64,000 bases of DNA from Octopus sinensis. Taxonomy: Eukaryota. The notes below the pieces were generated by a model, which did not search any database, was not told where the DNA came from, and saw only the letters and a list, made by a program, of their open reading frames with translations. The stretch is taken from contig NC_043016.1 of assembly GCF_006345805.1 (NCBI RefSeq), positions 9,114,001 through 9,178,000 of the forward strand, written 5' to 3'. A program made the position numbers and the translations under genes. The stretch's first letter is position 1, and each line of letters starts with the position of its first letter. Positions 1-12,135 of the stretch are shown piece after piece.

Positions 1-229
1 CAAGAGGAGTTTTCTCTATACTGTTTCCACTTCACAGAATGTACTCAGTACATTTTAACCTAACACCAGCACTAGAGAGGTTTCCCTATCCTCAGTAAGA
101 TTAAGAGGCCTCTCTACTTTGTTGTCCAACCACTTTATAATGGAAATTTAAATATATCAAAAGCTCCAAAAGTGGGTCACAAAAGTCAAAAGTTAGTTCT
201 AGATTCTAGATAAATTGTTATTCTACAAG

Positions 230-614
230 CAGGGTCGGATTTATACCTAGGCTAATGTAGGCCATGGCCCAGGAGCCCTGAACTTGGGGAAGGGGTGTTG
301 TAACTCAAGAAAAGCCTAAATCTTGGAGTTAAAATTTTTTTTAATATATTTCCAGCAATCAATGAAATAATTTGTAATTTACGTTTACTTTTTTTTTTAA
401 TCCAATAGTTCTTTTAAAATTATTGAGCCCTTTTTCATTCATTGGGCCCTTTTAGATTCAAAAAGCCATTAAATTTAACTGAGTTCCTCTAAATCTATTG
501 ATGCCCCTAGATTTAATGGGACCCTTTGAATTAACTTGTGTTTTAAATTAGCAAAATTGCAAGGGCCTCCAAAATCAACTGGTACAGGTGCCCCGGTAGG
601 TCTAAATTCAGTTG
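230..614. mobile_element. Degenerate DNA-transposon-like MITE (CAGGG.CGGATTTA-type end)
   Basis: Left end cagggtcggatttatacctagg with a decayed complement ggtaggtctaaattcagttg. Confidence 0.3.
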
Positions 615-1921
615 TATTTGCAAGAGACACCAGCTGATCTCTGAACAAACTGTCCACACACAAACAAAAAAACCTAAGCACTAGGAAATGTTCATTTAGC
701 TCCTTATCAACTCCTTATCAAAGTTTCTTGAGTAGGATCAGTAAAAACAACTAGAAGTAGCATACGTAATTTCACACTCATGTAATTCTACTAAGTTTTA
801 CCCCAATTTTTATACAAATTTTTTCATATTATACACGAGTAAATACGATAGACATTATCAGTTCACATATTAGATCAAATCCTATTTTTATCAGCTCTGA
901 ACAAGATGAAAGATCGATAATGCCTTCATTCTTTCAGAATCAATAAACTAGCTACTAATTGTTATTCCTTAGCTCTAGGTCAAACCTGATCGAGCAGATA
1001 TATAACAGGCGTTCCAGCCATGACTAGTCCATTCCCCTCCATCTCAGACACAGTGTAATAAATAAAATGTTATCCAATGTGTCAATTTTTTCTTAAACTA
1101 TACCCAACAGATATACGTTTAAATATTTGTTGTGCAAGATTTTTTATGTGAAGTCGTGTGTTGAAACAGATATTGTTATATTTCGGAATGGTCATATTGC
1201 CAGTTTAGCCAATAAAAGAGAGAAATCTGGCTGCTAATTGCAGCGAGCTAAACGACAGCCGCAGAGTGGAATCTCCCCTCAATTGAGGAATTTTCCTTAT
1301 TTAAAGCTTTATTTTTACCATGATGACTTTTGTTTACATTTTGTCTATAGCTAAAAACCTCTTCTTGTCTTTGTAACCTAATCATTGTGATGAATTCATT
1401 TTTGTGTTAGGGCCCAAATGGCTAATAAAGAAATTGTTATCGGACGAAATGCCTTGCAAATATTTTGTTATGGTCCTTTACATTCTGAGTACAAATCTCA
1501 CCAAGGTCAACTTTGCCTCTCATTTTCCTAGAATAAAGTACTGAGATCGATTTAGTCGAGTAATCCCTTTTCCCAAATATGTGGTCTTGTACTAATCTTA
1601 GAAATCATCATCATCATCAAGGTAGTATAATGCCGGTAGAAAAGCAGACAAAGTACCTTGTATTTTGTTTTTTTCTTTGCATAGGCATAGAAGTGGCTGT
1701 GTGGTAAGTAGCTTGCTTACCAACCACATGGTTCCAGGTTCAGTCCCACTGCATGGCACCTTGGGCAAGTGTCTTTTATAGCCTCAGGCTGACCAAAGCC
1801 TTGTGAATGGATTTGGTAGACAGAAACTGAAAGAAGCCCATTCTTGAGATTTAGTTGTTATTTCTAGCATGTGTATAGCCTGCTTGACGGCTGAAGGTGG
1901 GGGTGGGGGTTCTTTTGTTTT

Positions 1922-2120
1922 ATCTTTTACTTGTTTCAGTCATTTGACTGTGGTCATGCTAGCGCACCGCCTTTAGTCGAGTAAATCGACCCCAGGACTT
2001 TTGGAAGCCTAGTACTTATTCTATTAGTCTCTTTTACCGAACTGCTAAGTTACGGGGATGTAAACACCACCATCGGTTGTTGGGGGAGGAACAAACACAG
2101 AACACAAACATATACACACG

Positions 2121-2165
<45 letters not shown>

Positions 2166-2320
2166 GACGGGCTCTTTCAGTTTCCGTCTACCAAATACAC
2201 TCACAAAGCTTTGGTCGGCCCAAGGCTATGGTAGAAGACACTTGCCCAAGGTGCCACGCAGTGGGAACAAACTCGGAACCATGTGGTTGGTAAGCAAGCT
2301 ACTTACCACACAGCCACTTC
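1922..2320 (-). mobile_element. tRNA-derived CORE-like SINE (family A), full length
   Basis: Head ggagtggctgtgtggtaag...ggttcagtcccactg, CORE-like ggcaccttgggcaagtg, internal (TA)n, tail gcagtcaaatgactgaaacaagtaaaag. Confidence 0.85.
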
Positions 2321-2381
2321 TGCAGTTAAGGTAAATTTTTTTTTTTTTTTTGAAAAATTTAAATTTTACAAAACCATTTAT

Positions 2382-2798
2382 GGATCTTTTCGGTTTGAAT
2401 GGCAGTTTTTTAAAAATAATTTCTATGTAACTAAAAAATTTTAAACTTCGTATACTGGTAGAATGTGTTTATAAAACATCTTTTTCTCTTGGCTTTCTTG
2501 AGAAAATTCTATAGTTTGTAAGATATTTGTTGTTGTTTTTTCTTCAATTTCTGCAATTTCAACCAATCAATGACGTCTATTGAGGTAAAAACATTGTGCT
2601 GTATGAATATGTCCCTCGTTTAAAAAACAGATTGGGTTTATTTATATTTCTGAAGAAAAAAAGATACCCTTCCCCCCACTCGTAACCCTAACCCTAAAAC
2701 AGATTGAAATGCAATAGATCGATACTAGGGTCATAATTATGAGTGACAATTTCATATGACACCGCTAGAAAAAACTGCCGTTCAAACCGAAAAGATCC
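2382..2798. mobile_element. MITE with about 30 bp terminal inverted repeats
   Basis: GGATCTTTTCGGTTTGAATGGCAGTTTTTT ... AAAAAACTGCCGTTCAAACCGAAAAGATCC. Confidence 0.75.
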
Positions 2799-4082
2799 CA
2801 ATTTATTCTTAGAATCATAATCTCCGTGTTTTTCTACGTATTTCGCCAAAAAAAAAAAAAAATTCTGAAAAAAGTGAAAAAAATGAAGAAATGGGGTCGG
2901 GGTGGGATAGAAATTTTGAAATTGCAATTTTTGCCAATTTATTTTTTTTTTCAGAATCGGGATTTCCATAGCTAAAAACGTGGGTTTCCGTAAAAAAAAA
3001 AAAGATAATAATTTTTAAGGGATGGAAGGGTTGGGTTATGTCTCTACCATGTGCGCCGCAGAATAGCAAAACTGATCGGGTGTTGAAGAAAAAGCTTAAC
3101 AGTGTTTTAGCCGACCATTTCTCATTTCTGGAATCGAATCCCAGTTGAGTTGACTTCATCACCTATTCCTCGGGTGGGTGGGAAAAGTCGATCAAATAAA
3201 TACCAGTCATGTGTAAAGGATGCAACTACAATTATCCAGCCCACATCGCTTGCATTGAACCAATAAAATAAACTGATACACTCTATCGATAAATATGATG
3301 ATGAAACGTGTCCAGTATACGTAGATCTAGGCGTGGTTGCTGAGTTGCATACGTTAAGATAATGCGCATCATTTCAGAAGTTTAATCTCAAACTGCATAT
3401 TGACAGTTTCCTAGGTGTTGCTGAGATGTTCAGGTGAGTCGAGCATTTCATTCTCTAAACCTCTTGTGGTGCACCTGAGCACTGTATACAATAATTTCAT
3501 TATTATCTAACCCGGCATGAGAGTGCGTTTAGCAGTTCATTCTGTTGCAAGAATTCTAGCCAGGTTTTCAAACTGAGAAAAACCTCTCCTACTTGTCACC
3601 AGACACAAATACCCGGAAAAGTGTTAAGGGTACTGATCTTTCTTCTGTAACTAAAATTACACATACTTTCATACATGTATACATAATTATTTGTATATAT
3701 CAGCTGAAATTAGAGTCAGCTGTTTGACAATTCCAATCTCAGCTGACAGAACGCACTTGAGGTAGATTCTAAAGAGAATACGCATAAATGAAAACAATCA
3801 AGGCAGAAGAAAAAAGAAACTATGTTAAATTAATTAATAACATTGGCTACCTAACAGGATTCTTATGACTAGTGTAAAGAACCAATGATAATTATTTGTA
3901 AGTTTAGGAAACGAAATCAATTTATAAAACAATATTCGTCTGCTGAACGCAGAAACCTGACTTTCACACTCTTTCTTGCTTATACCATTTTTAAAAATGT
4001 CTTCGTTACCAAAAGATGCTTTCACTTTTCGAACACAGTTTCCCTTTCCATCGAAATAAGCTGTTATAATTGTTATATTTAC

Positions 4083-4136
4083 CTGAAGGGCCTGGTAAAC
4101 GGGATTAATGTCCAACTCGTCAACGTCAGCTGCCAT
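4083..4136 (-). CDS. ANKRD27: First coding exon of an ANKRD27/VARP-like gene (MAADVDELDINPVYQALQ); the rest probably lies left of the window
   Basis: aagATGG start, donor CAG|GTAAAT, possible acceptor tttttttag at 4175. Resembles the recalled human ANKRD27 N-terminus MALYDEDLLKNPFYLALQ. Only 18 aa support the call. Confidence 0.5.
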
Positions 4137-5469
4137 CTTGATAGCAACATAGAAATACTCGGCAGTGAATATATCTAAAAAAAAAAAATTTTTTTTTTTC
4201 ATAATTGAAAAATATATTGTTTAAATCAGTTTTTCGATTTAGTATAATTTTATTTCATTTTTTTTTTTAACTTTCAAAACTGAAAAATGATATTTTTAAT
4301 AATACGCCATCAAACAATTTATTTTAGTACTTTTGTAATTTTATGTTTCTGACATTGCTGTTTACACTGTTGATCATTTATAATAATAAAAAATAATATA
4401 AAAAAAAAAGACGCATACAATTAAAATCAAATTTCATAAAATTGAATTTCCAAAATAAAAATTTATTGTAACTTTCGCAGATTAAACATTTGCTTCCTGC
4501 ATTATTACCGGCATCATACTATATAACAGTAAATATTTACTGCATAGAATGCAAGGAGAAGCAGGTCTTGCTTCAGTGAAGTTACACTAGAATAATCATC
4601 ATCATCATTGTCATAAGCAAAGAAGAGAACTAAGAGGAAAGTTATTTATTAATTGTTATTCTTTTTACAGAAGCCTAATTGTTCTCCAATTTCTAAATCA
4701 TATTTTTAGACAATATATAAACGTAATAATAGGATAAATATTAGTATTTTAAATTAAAAACTATCTAAATGCTATTACAGCTGTAAACTAAGATAGCAAT
4801 CTTACTGGTTAGAGAGTAGTAATTTGCGGAAGTAATAAATAAATAAAAAAAAATTATCATTAGGATCATAAATTAGGGTATGTTTTTGTGGTTTTAAAGT
4901 ATATTTTAGGGATCTTCATTTAGAAATTAAATTATATTCAAAATCAAAGCAAGACAAACGGTATTATAATAAATAGTCAGGTATAACTAATTGCTTCCGT
5001 TTATGATTGTAGCGTTCTTAAGTTATATATTTGCTTCATTAAAACCATTAAAGATTGTTTTATAATTAAAGTCATAAAAGTTAAAATACATCACATATAG
5101 ATATATAAATTGAGTTTAATATATATATATATATAATATATATATATAATAAAAGTTTATTGAAAAATTTTAACTCTTGTTTAAGAGTTCAAAATTGTTT
5201 AATTAACATTATAATTTGGCTTTTAAAGCAAATTTTCAAATTCATTATATTCATATATTCTTGATATTTTTAAAAAAGATAAAAAAAAAAATTCTATAAG
5301 TTACTAAAAAGCTTCTAGGTTCGAGACTATTTTTGTGCAAAACATGGCGGTTTATATGCATTGAGGTTGGTAATATTTATAATGTTTCACAAACTTCTTT
5401 GTATTGATTGTTTTTCATCATTTGATTTTTTCCTTTAAAAGTTCCCCCCTCCCACTTGATGTACATTAT

Positions 5470-5524
5470 TACTCTCTCAGTGACGAAACTTCGTTAACGA
5501 TTGCCATGATAGAATACGGTACGT
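5470..5524 (+). promoter_or_regulatory. Putative Bre1 transcription start and non-coding first exon ending at donor ACG|GTACGT (5519)
   Basis: Local CpG-rich patch at 5480-5580 in AT-rich DNA, TGACG half-site at 5481; coding exon 1 has an upstream acceptor that needs a 5' UTR exon. Confidence 0.35.
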
Positions 5525-5814
5525 TTGATTCCTATCCATCATCCGATTGCTCCGCGGTCGCAACTGCAACGATTATATAGATTGCCATGTGATAAATTAA
5601 CGATGCATGTATGTATATGTTTCTGTGTAGATTTCAATATGTACATATTTGTGTTTATAATGTTGTACACATATTTATATATATGTACAGTATTATATAC
5701 ATTGATCTTCTAGTAACTTAGATTGGCCGGTAAACAATGGTATGTGTCATCTGCCAGAGTTTTGCTACAAGATCTATGTATGTATGTTGATTATATATAT
5801 AATGTGTATGGGTG

Positions 5815-5912
<98 letters not shown>

Positions 5913-6594
5913 ATAACGTAACTACATACATAAATATGAAGTATGTGCGAATGTATGTTTAAACGGTTTTATTTGTCAATTTATCTTTACCCATTTAGAG
6001 AACTATTTATAGTACAAACTTTCTTTTTTGTCAATATACTGTTTAAGATCCGATCACGAAAGCAAAGAAGAAAAGAAAAAGCAGCCTACTAGATGTAAAA
6101 ATAAAATGTGTAGAAAACGAATATGAAAACAAATTTTTTTTTTTTATGAAAGTAAAAATTAGGATTATTGTTTTATTACATAAATATTCAATGTGTTTAA
6201 GATTATCACAATGCAAAGCTATCAGATTAGTCCCCAGGTCAAGCATGATCGAGCTGACCTGTCTTATAGTCAAAAGCGTTCCATTTTGGGATCGCATCCG
6301 TACTTTTGTTTCAAAGCATAGTGTACTCCTTGTTGCTTAGTCCCGGATCAGTGTTGGTCGAGTAGATTTATGGTGAAAGACATTTCAGACTTGATCATGC
6401 TCATCTCATTGTTTTTGCATATCTCGGATTATTTTATTCCCTATTCCCTTCGTACCCCTCCACACCGTTCGGCCCCCTAATATTTTGAATACAAGCCTAT
6501 GATTAAATACAGTGGCACAGCACACAATACTATAATAATTTGAACAAGTTTGTGAATTGCCAACAACAATTTGTGTGTGTAGATATATAGATAG

Positions 6595-7129
6595 ATAGGT
6601 GACTGTGTGGTAAAAACTTTGCTTCCCAACCATATGATTCCGGGTTCAGTACCACTGCGTGTCACCTTGGCCAAGTGTCTTTTACTATAGCCTTGTGAGT
6701 GGATTTGGTAGACGGAAACTGAAAGGAGTCTGTCATATATATATAATATATATATATAGGAGTGGCTGTGTGGTAAGTAGCTTGCTTACCAACCATATGG
6801 TTTCGGGTTCAGTCCCACTGCGTGGCATCTTGGGCAAGTGTCTTCTATTATAGCCTCGGGCCAACCAAGGCCTTATGAGTGGATTTGGTAGACGGAAACT
6901 GAAAGAAGCCCCTCGTATATATGTGTGTGTGTGCGTATTTGTCCCCCCAACATCGCTTGACAACCGATGCTGGTGTGTTTACGTCTCCGTAACTTAACGG
7001 TTCGGTAAAAGAAACCGATAGAATAAGTACTTGGCTTACAAAGAATAAGTCCTGGGTCGATTTGCTTGACTAAAGGTGGTGCTCCAGCATGGCAACAGTC
7101 AGATGACTGAAACAAGTAAAAGAGTAAAA

Positions 7130-7186
<57 letters not shown>

Positions 7187-7400
7187 CGCACACGTCTTTG
7201 TTTCTGTGTTTGTTCCCCACCACTGCTTGGAAACTGGTGTTGGTGTTTTACGTACCTGTAACTTAGCTGTTCGGCAAAAGGGATGGATAGAGAAAGTGCT
7301 AGGCTTAACAAAAAAATCAGTCTTGTGGTCGATTTGTTCGACTAAAACCCTTCAAGGTGGTGCCCCAGGATGGCTGCAATCAAATGATTGAAACAAGTAA
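6595..7400 (+). mobile_element. Tandem cluster of family A SINEs (head fragment, full copy 6758-7131, tail fragment)
   Basis: Repeated head and tail modules in direct orientation. Confidence 0.85.
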
Positions 7401-7414
7401 ATGTTTATATATAT

Positions 7415-8488
7415 TTCTCTCTGCAATGGGTGTGGGGGATGACCTTTTTAACTGGTTGAAATCCTTCATCCTCAGCCGAAAGGAGGTAGTCACAGTTCTA
7501 GGACAGCACTCTACACCATATGAGATGTCATCGGGTGTACCACAGGGATCTGTCCTTGGCCCCCTCTTGTTTGTGGCATACATTAACGACATAGATGCCA
7601 ATTTAAAGAATGCCACAGTATTGAAATATGCAGACGACATCAAGCTGTACCTTGAAATCAAGAGGACAGATCCTGATGTCTACAACTCTTTCCTGCAATC
7701 AGACCTAGACACAATGCAGCAATGGATCACAGACTGGCAACTGAAACTGGCTGTGGACAAGTGTACCACCATGCATTTTGGGAGAAAAAACCCTGCGTTC
7801 ACATACTCCCTCCACAACACTGATATCAAGAAATCCTCTTGCGAGCGTGACCTAGGCATCACTGTCAGCAGTGATTTGCGTTGGTCAAAGCATATCTCTA
7901 AGATTGTCAGGAAGGCCGAGGGTGTCTTGGCATCACTCAGCAGGTCTTTTGTTAGCCGCTCTCCAGCCATCTATTTAAAACTGTATACAGCTATGGTACG
8001 ACCACACTTGGAATTCGCATCATCAGTTTGGAATCCCTATCTTGCTCAGAACATTGACCTCCTGGAATCTGTCCAGAGACGTGCAACCAAACGCATACCC
8101 TCCATCAGACACCTACCATATTCTGAGCGCCTTGTTTCCCTGGGCATGGATTCACTGAAGCTCCGGCGTTTGGCGACGGACTTGGTAAACACCCACAAAG
8201 TTATCAACCACCTCACCAACAACAACACTGAACACCTTTTTGATCTCCATGTGTCTAACACACGTGAACATGCCTACAAAGTCAGAAAACAATACAGCTC
8301 CCATGACTTTCGGAAACATTTTTTCATGCTCAGAGTTGCTGAAGCATGGAATAAACTGCCTGCGTCAGTTGTTGACTGCCATGACACTGCATCTTTTAAG
8401 GCCCTCATGCTTTCCGAAATCCGCCGAAACTTCACCTGATTATATATACACTTTAGATGAGTTGTAGTGCACCTGAGCACTGTACACA

Positions 8489-8515
<27 letters not shown>
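7415..8515 (+). mobile_element. 5'-truncated CR1/L2-type LINE, reverse transcriptase C-terminal half with an open frame
   Basis: GVPQGSVLGPLLF and YADD motifs, RDLG, LESVQRRATK; 3' UTR followed by an (ATT)n tail. Confidence 0.92.
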
Positions 8516-8521
<6 letters not shown>

Positions 8522-8522
8522 G

Positions 8523-8555
<33 letters not shown>

Positions 8556-8873
8556 GTGTTTATATGTAAATATAAAAACTCATATGAATATGTGTGTGTT
8601 TATATCTGTGTATGTGTGTGCCTAAGCACCATTAACCTGAATTAGAAAATTTAATGATGTCAGTGACACTACGTATGCGATCAAAGGTAAATAGACCTTT
8701 TTAGATTCTGAGATCAGGAGTTCATGTTAGGTGATATAACTTTATTGGCATTCTTTGTGACAGATTCTGTTATTTTCCTTTATCTGACTCAACTATTGTT
8801 ATCTTGATTCACAAATCTGTACTTAGAAAATACCTGTTTGCTTTTCATTCAGAGTATTTAAAAAGTGAACTTA

Positions 8874-9235
8874 TCTCTATATATATAAACGGCAAAATGT
8901 CTGTGTGTGTGTCCTTTATACAAATCCACAATTTTTCGGTTAGAGGGCTTGCACTTTCTATGGTCATTCAAAACCCTCCAAGGGTGGTTGTGCATATCTT
9001 TACATTTCCCCAGTCACCCCGCAAAGCCATTAAAAAATCAATAGAAGTGACTTTTTCTGAATTTTCTATCCAAAACCCAATCAAAATGGCCGAAATTTGA
9101 TACGCCAATTGAATGCCAGCTAGCTGTATGTGATTGGTCGGAGATTTGGACAGTACTCGGTGTATGTGCGCATGCACGCAGCTGTATATGGATGCACTAG
9201 CACTATGACCCGGCGTTGTCGGGTCATAGTGCTAG
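8874..9235 (+). mobile_element. Non-autonomous Helitron, copy 1
   Basis: A|TC start, 3' hairpin ending CTAG|T; two other copies in the window. Confidence 0.85.
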
Positions 9236-10319
9236 TCTCCAATAAAAATGAACCTAAAGAGAACTGATCTAGCCAACGAGTGAGCCTCCTTTATGTTTTT
9301 TTTTTTTCGATTTTATTTTTCCACTGCCTTGATCTGCTAGAAACAGTTGCCATCCCTTTTTACCAAAAGAGGAATACATCATATCTGACATATAAAAAGA
9401 CAAGATGATCACAACTGTTGAATGCCTTTCATCAGAGGTCTGCTTGTGCAAGGTTGACCTGGGATTAAACACTAAGAGATCCTCTATAGCAGTCATTTGC
9501 AACTTGTAGCCTACACAACTTTCTGATTGGCCTGCCTAGCTAAAAAAATTACCTTGAATTTTTTTTGTAGTGCAGCCCACCTGATGATGAGCTGTGCCCC
9601 ATGTGGCTAACTTCTCATAATAGGTTGCCTATACTTGCAGTCACTCGAGTAGAAATAGCAGTCAAATCTCTTTGAAATCTCATCATACTGTCTTAAATAA
9701 ACAAGTATACTTTGTAGTCCCTAAAACAACAGGATTCTTATGCTTTCATCATTAATCTGCTTAGTAAGGACTGACTTTTTAAGCAAAGCAAAACTGAAGC
9801 CAGTGGGAGAGTATCTGTGTATGCCAACACTTGATCTGCTAGAAATAGCAGCTACATGTCTGCACCATATTCCTTTTGGTTGTTTGCTAGGAAATGGAAA
9901 CATCAGTAGAGCATTGGATAGAATGCCATGCAGTATTTGTTCCAATACCTTGTGCTGTGAGATCAAATCTCATTGTAGTCAACTTTGTCATTGGTCTTTT
10001 CAAGGTCAATTAAAGAGTACCAATCCAGAGCAGTGGATTAGCAGGAAGACTTGTATGCTTCAGTAATTGCTAATCTTAAAAACAAATCAAGCTGAGGTTT
10101 GTGCATATATGTGTTGATGCATGGTCAAGTTTAACCCATGATAACCTCTATATAGAAAAAGAATACCTTGATTATAGGTAGGTCTTCTGGATCAACACTA
10201 ATCTGGGGCTAATATTGAATAACTTTTTATCTGTCATTTTATTCTGTGGTTAAACATATTTTGTTATTCGTTTGCTTTTTTTTTTAATACTGAATTAAGC
10301 TACTATTCTTACATGATAA

Positions 10320-10530
10320 AATTTAAACCAACCATATTTCACTGAATATTCTGCCTGTTCTATGTCCAAACGGACCATATCTGACCTCTCACACATACCC
10401 TACAATGTCATTCTAAAAATAAGCTATCATGTCATTGAAATCTCCAATCTATAAGATAATGCATGATTAATTCAAAACAATGTGAATAAATAAGGATTAG
10501 ATTTGACAGAGTAATCTCAGTGTTAAAGGG
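10320..10530 (-). mobile_element. Older TTAA-flanked MITE family (other copies at 13756-13978, 50790-51202 and 57885-58290)
   Basis: TTAA-CCCTTTAGCATT type ends and a shared internal atgacattgtagggtaggtgtgagag. Confidence 0.65.
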
Positions 10531-11074
10531 TTAATCTTGCTCCTAAAGTAAGTACGTAAAGGTCCTCATTTTAAATTAATCCACATCTCATAATTTTGTC
10601 CCATTCTTTGCTTTCCACCCGCCCTTTCATTTCTTTCCTGTTGTCTTTTCATAACCATTTGTACAACCTACACAGAGGTTTTACTTCCATTAAATTCTCA
10701 AGTGACCAGAATAATCAAAACAGATTTATAGACTTGTTAACTTATGTTTTAATAAATTGACACATATTGTCCTATATGTTGTTGTGTCGGCAAAACTCGA
10801 TGCTGGAACAACTCCAAACATATGCCTACATGAGCAGGACTGATTTAGGTTAAACAACAAAAATGGATACATTGTATAATGTGGTTCTAGATACATTGTA
10901 TACAATAAGATGTTTGGTCTCAGCTGCAACACCCTTAATTATAAATTAGCTTGATCAAGGCTGACCTAACTTAAACTATGTCAAGGATGAACTTGATTCA
11001 ATTTTGAGTACTAGATACACTCTATGTCAGTAATTTTTTTTTTTTTTCTAAGTACATCAACATCAAAATAAAAA

Positions 11075-11416
11075 TCAAATGGAAATTGTAGTTATGATAC
11101 CCGTACCGGTGGCATGTAAAAAACCACCATCCGAATGTGGCTGATGCCAGTGCTGCCTGACTGGCGTCCGTGTTGGTGACATGTAAAAAGCACCAACCAA
11201 TTGTGGCCGTTTGCTGGCCTCCTCTGGCCCCTGTGCCAGTGGCATGTAAAAAGCACCCACTACACTCACGGAGTGGTTGGCGTTAGGAAAGGCATCCAGC
11301 TGTAGAAACTCTGCCAGATCAGACTGGAGCCTAGTGCAGCCTCCTGGCTTCCCAGACCCTGGTTGAACCGTCCAACCCATGCTAGCATGGAAAACGGACA
11401 TTAAACGATGATGATA
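11075..11416 (+). mobile_element. 5'-truncated RTE LINE 3' tail (representative of about 20 copies)
   Basis: cactacactcacggagtggttggcgttaggaagggcatccagctgtag...catggaaaacggacgttaa(atg)n; the same sequence follows the LINE ORF ends at about 51830 and 57781. Confidence 0.85.
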
Positions 11417-12030
11417 GTAACTGGAGCATTACTGATAACAGGTCTTCTAGTTCAGGACTGATGACTTATTACCAAAAGAAACAGTATCACCAAGAAAGAT
11501 CAGATTGCATAATGTAGTCTTAGATACAGTGTCTGAACAAAATACAGGATGGTCAAGGTTGAGTAGTATTGACCATAGCCCTTTGGTATCAGAGCTTCTT
11601 GAGACTAAACAACATCAAAGAAAGATATTTAACATTAAGTATTCCTAGATACACTAAATCTAAAAGACAGAATGGTCACAGCAGAAGATACATTAGCTAA
11701 TCTAACCCTGGGTAGACCATGTTTGAATTAAGACAGAATGGCCACAGGAGAAACACCTTTGATCACAGATCTGGCTCAGAGCTAAACAGCAACTAATATA
11801 TAAATTCATAGAAGAAAATATTTTAATCTTGTGTTTTGTTTTCTTATTCTTTTGCATTATTGAATCTGTATATATAATTGTTTTGTTTTCATTTTGAAAT
11901 TATTTGAAAGATGCCACGTAAAAAAAAAAACATGTATTTTCATTGTTTTATACATTCAGCTTATCTCCTAATTTGTTTTCCAGGGTGTCAATGAAGTTAA
12001 AGTGTCTCCAAAACTGACAATCCTAACAGC

Positions 12031-12135
12031 ATGGCAACAAAACGGCCGGCAGTTGATGATCCAGGGGCCGCCGGCCCGCCAGACAAAAAGCTGACTCGTT
12101 TTGACCCTGCCCAACTGGGTAACATATCATCCCTT
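12031..12135 (+). CDS. Bre1: Bre1 coding exon 1 ([10 protein letters not shown]...NISSL); exon begins at acceptor 11984
   Basis: ttttccag acceptor at 11981-11983, ATG at 12031, donor GTGAGT at 12136, phase 0. Confidence 0.88.

Noticed and set aside
3834-4202. 122-aa ORF as a full protein
   Set aside because: Only 4136-4083 looks exonic; the rest is upstream sequence and intron read-through past a good donor site
5723-5962. [16 protein letters not shown]-rich ORFs
   Set aside because: They are translations of dinucleotide microsatellites
11457-11485. CUGAUGA...GAAAC hammerhead
   Set aside because: Stem II has at most 2-3 weak pairs and stems I and III cannot form; likely chance
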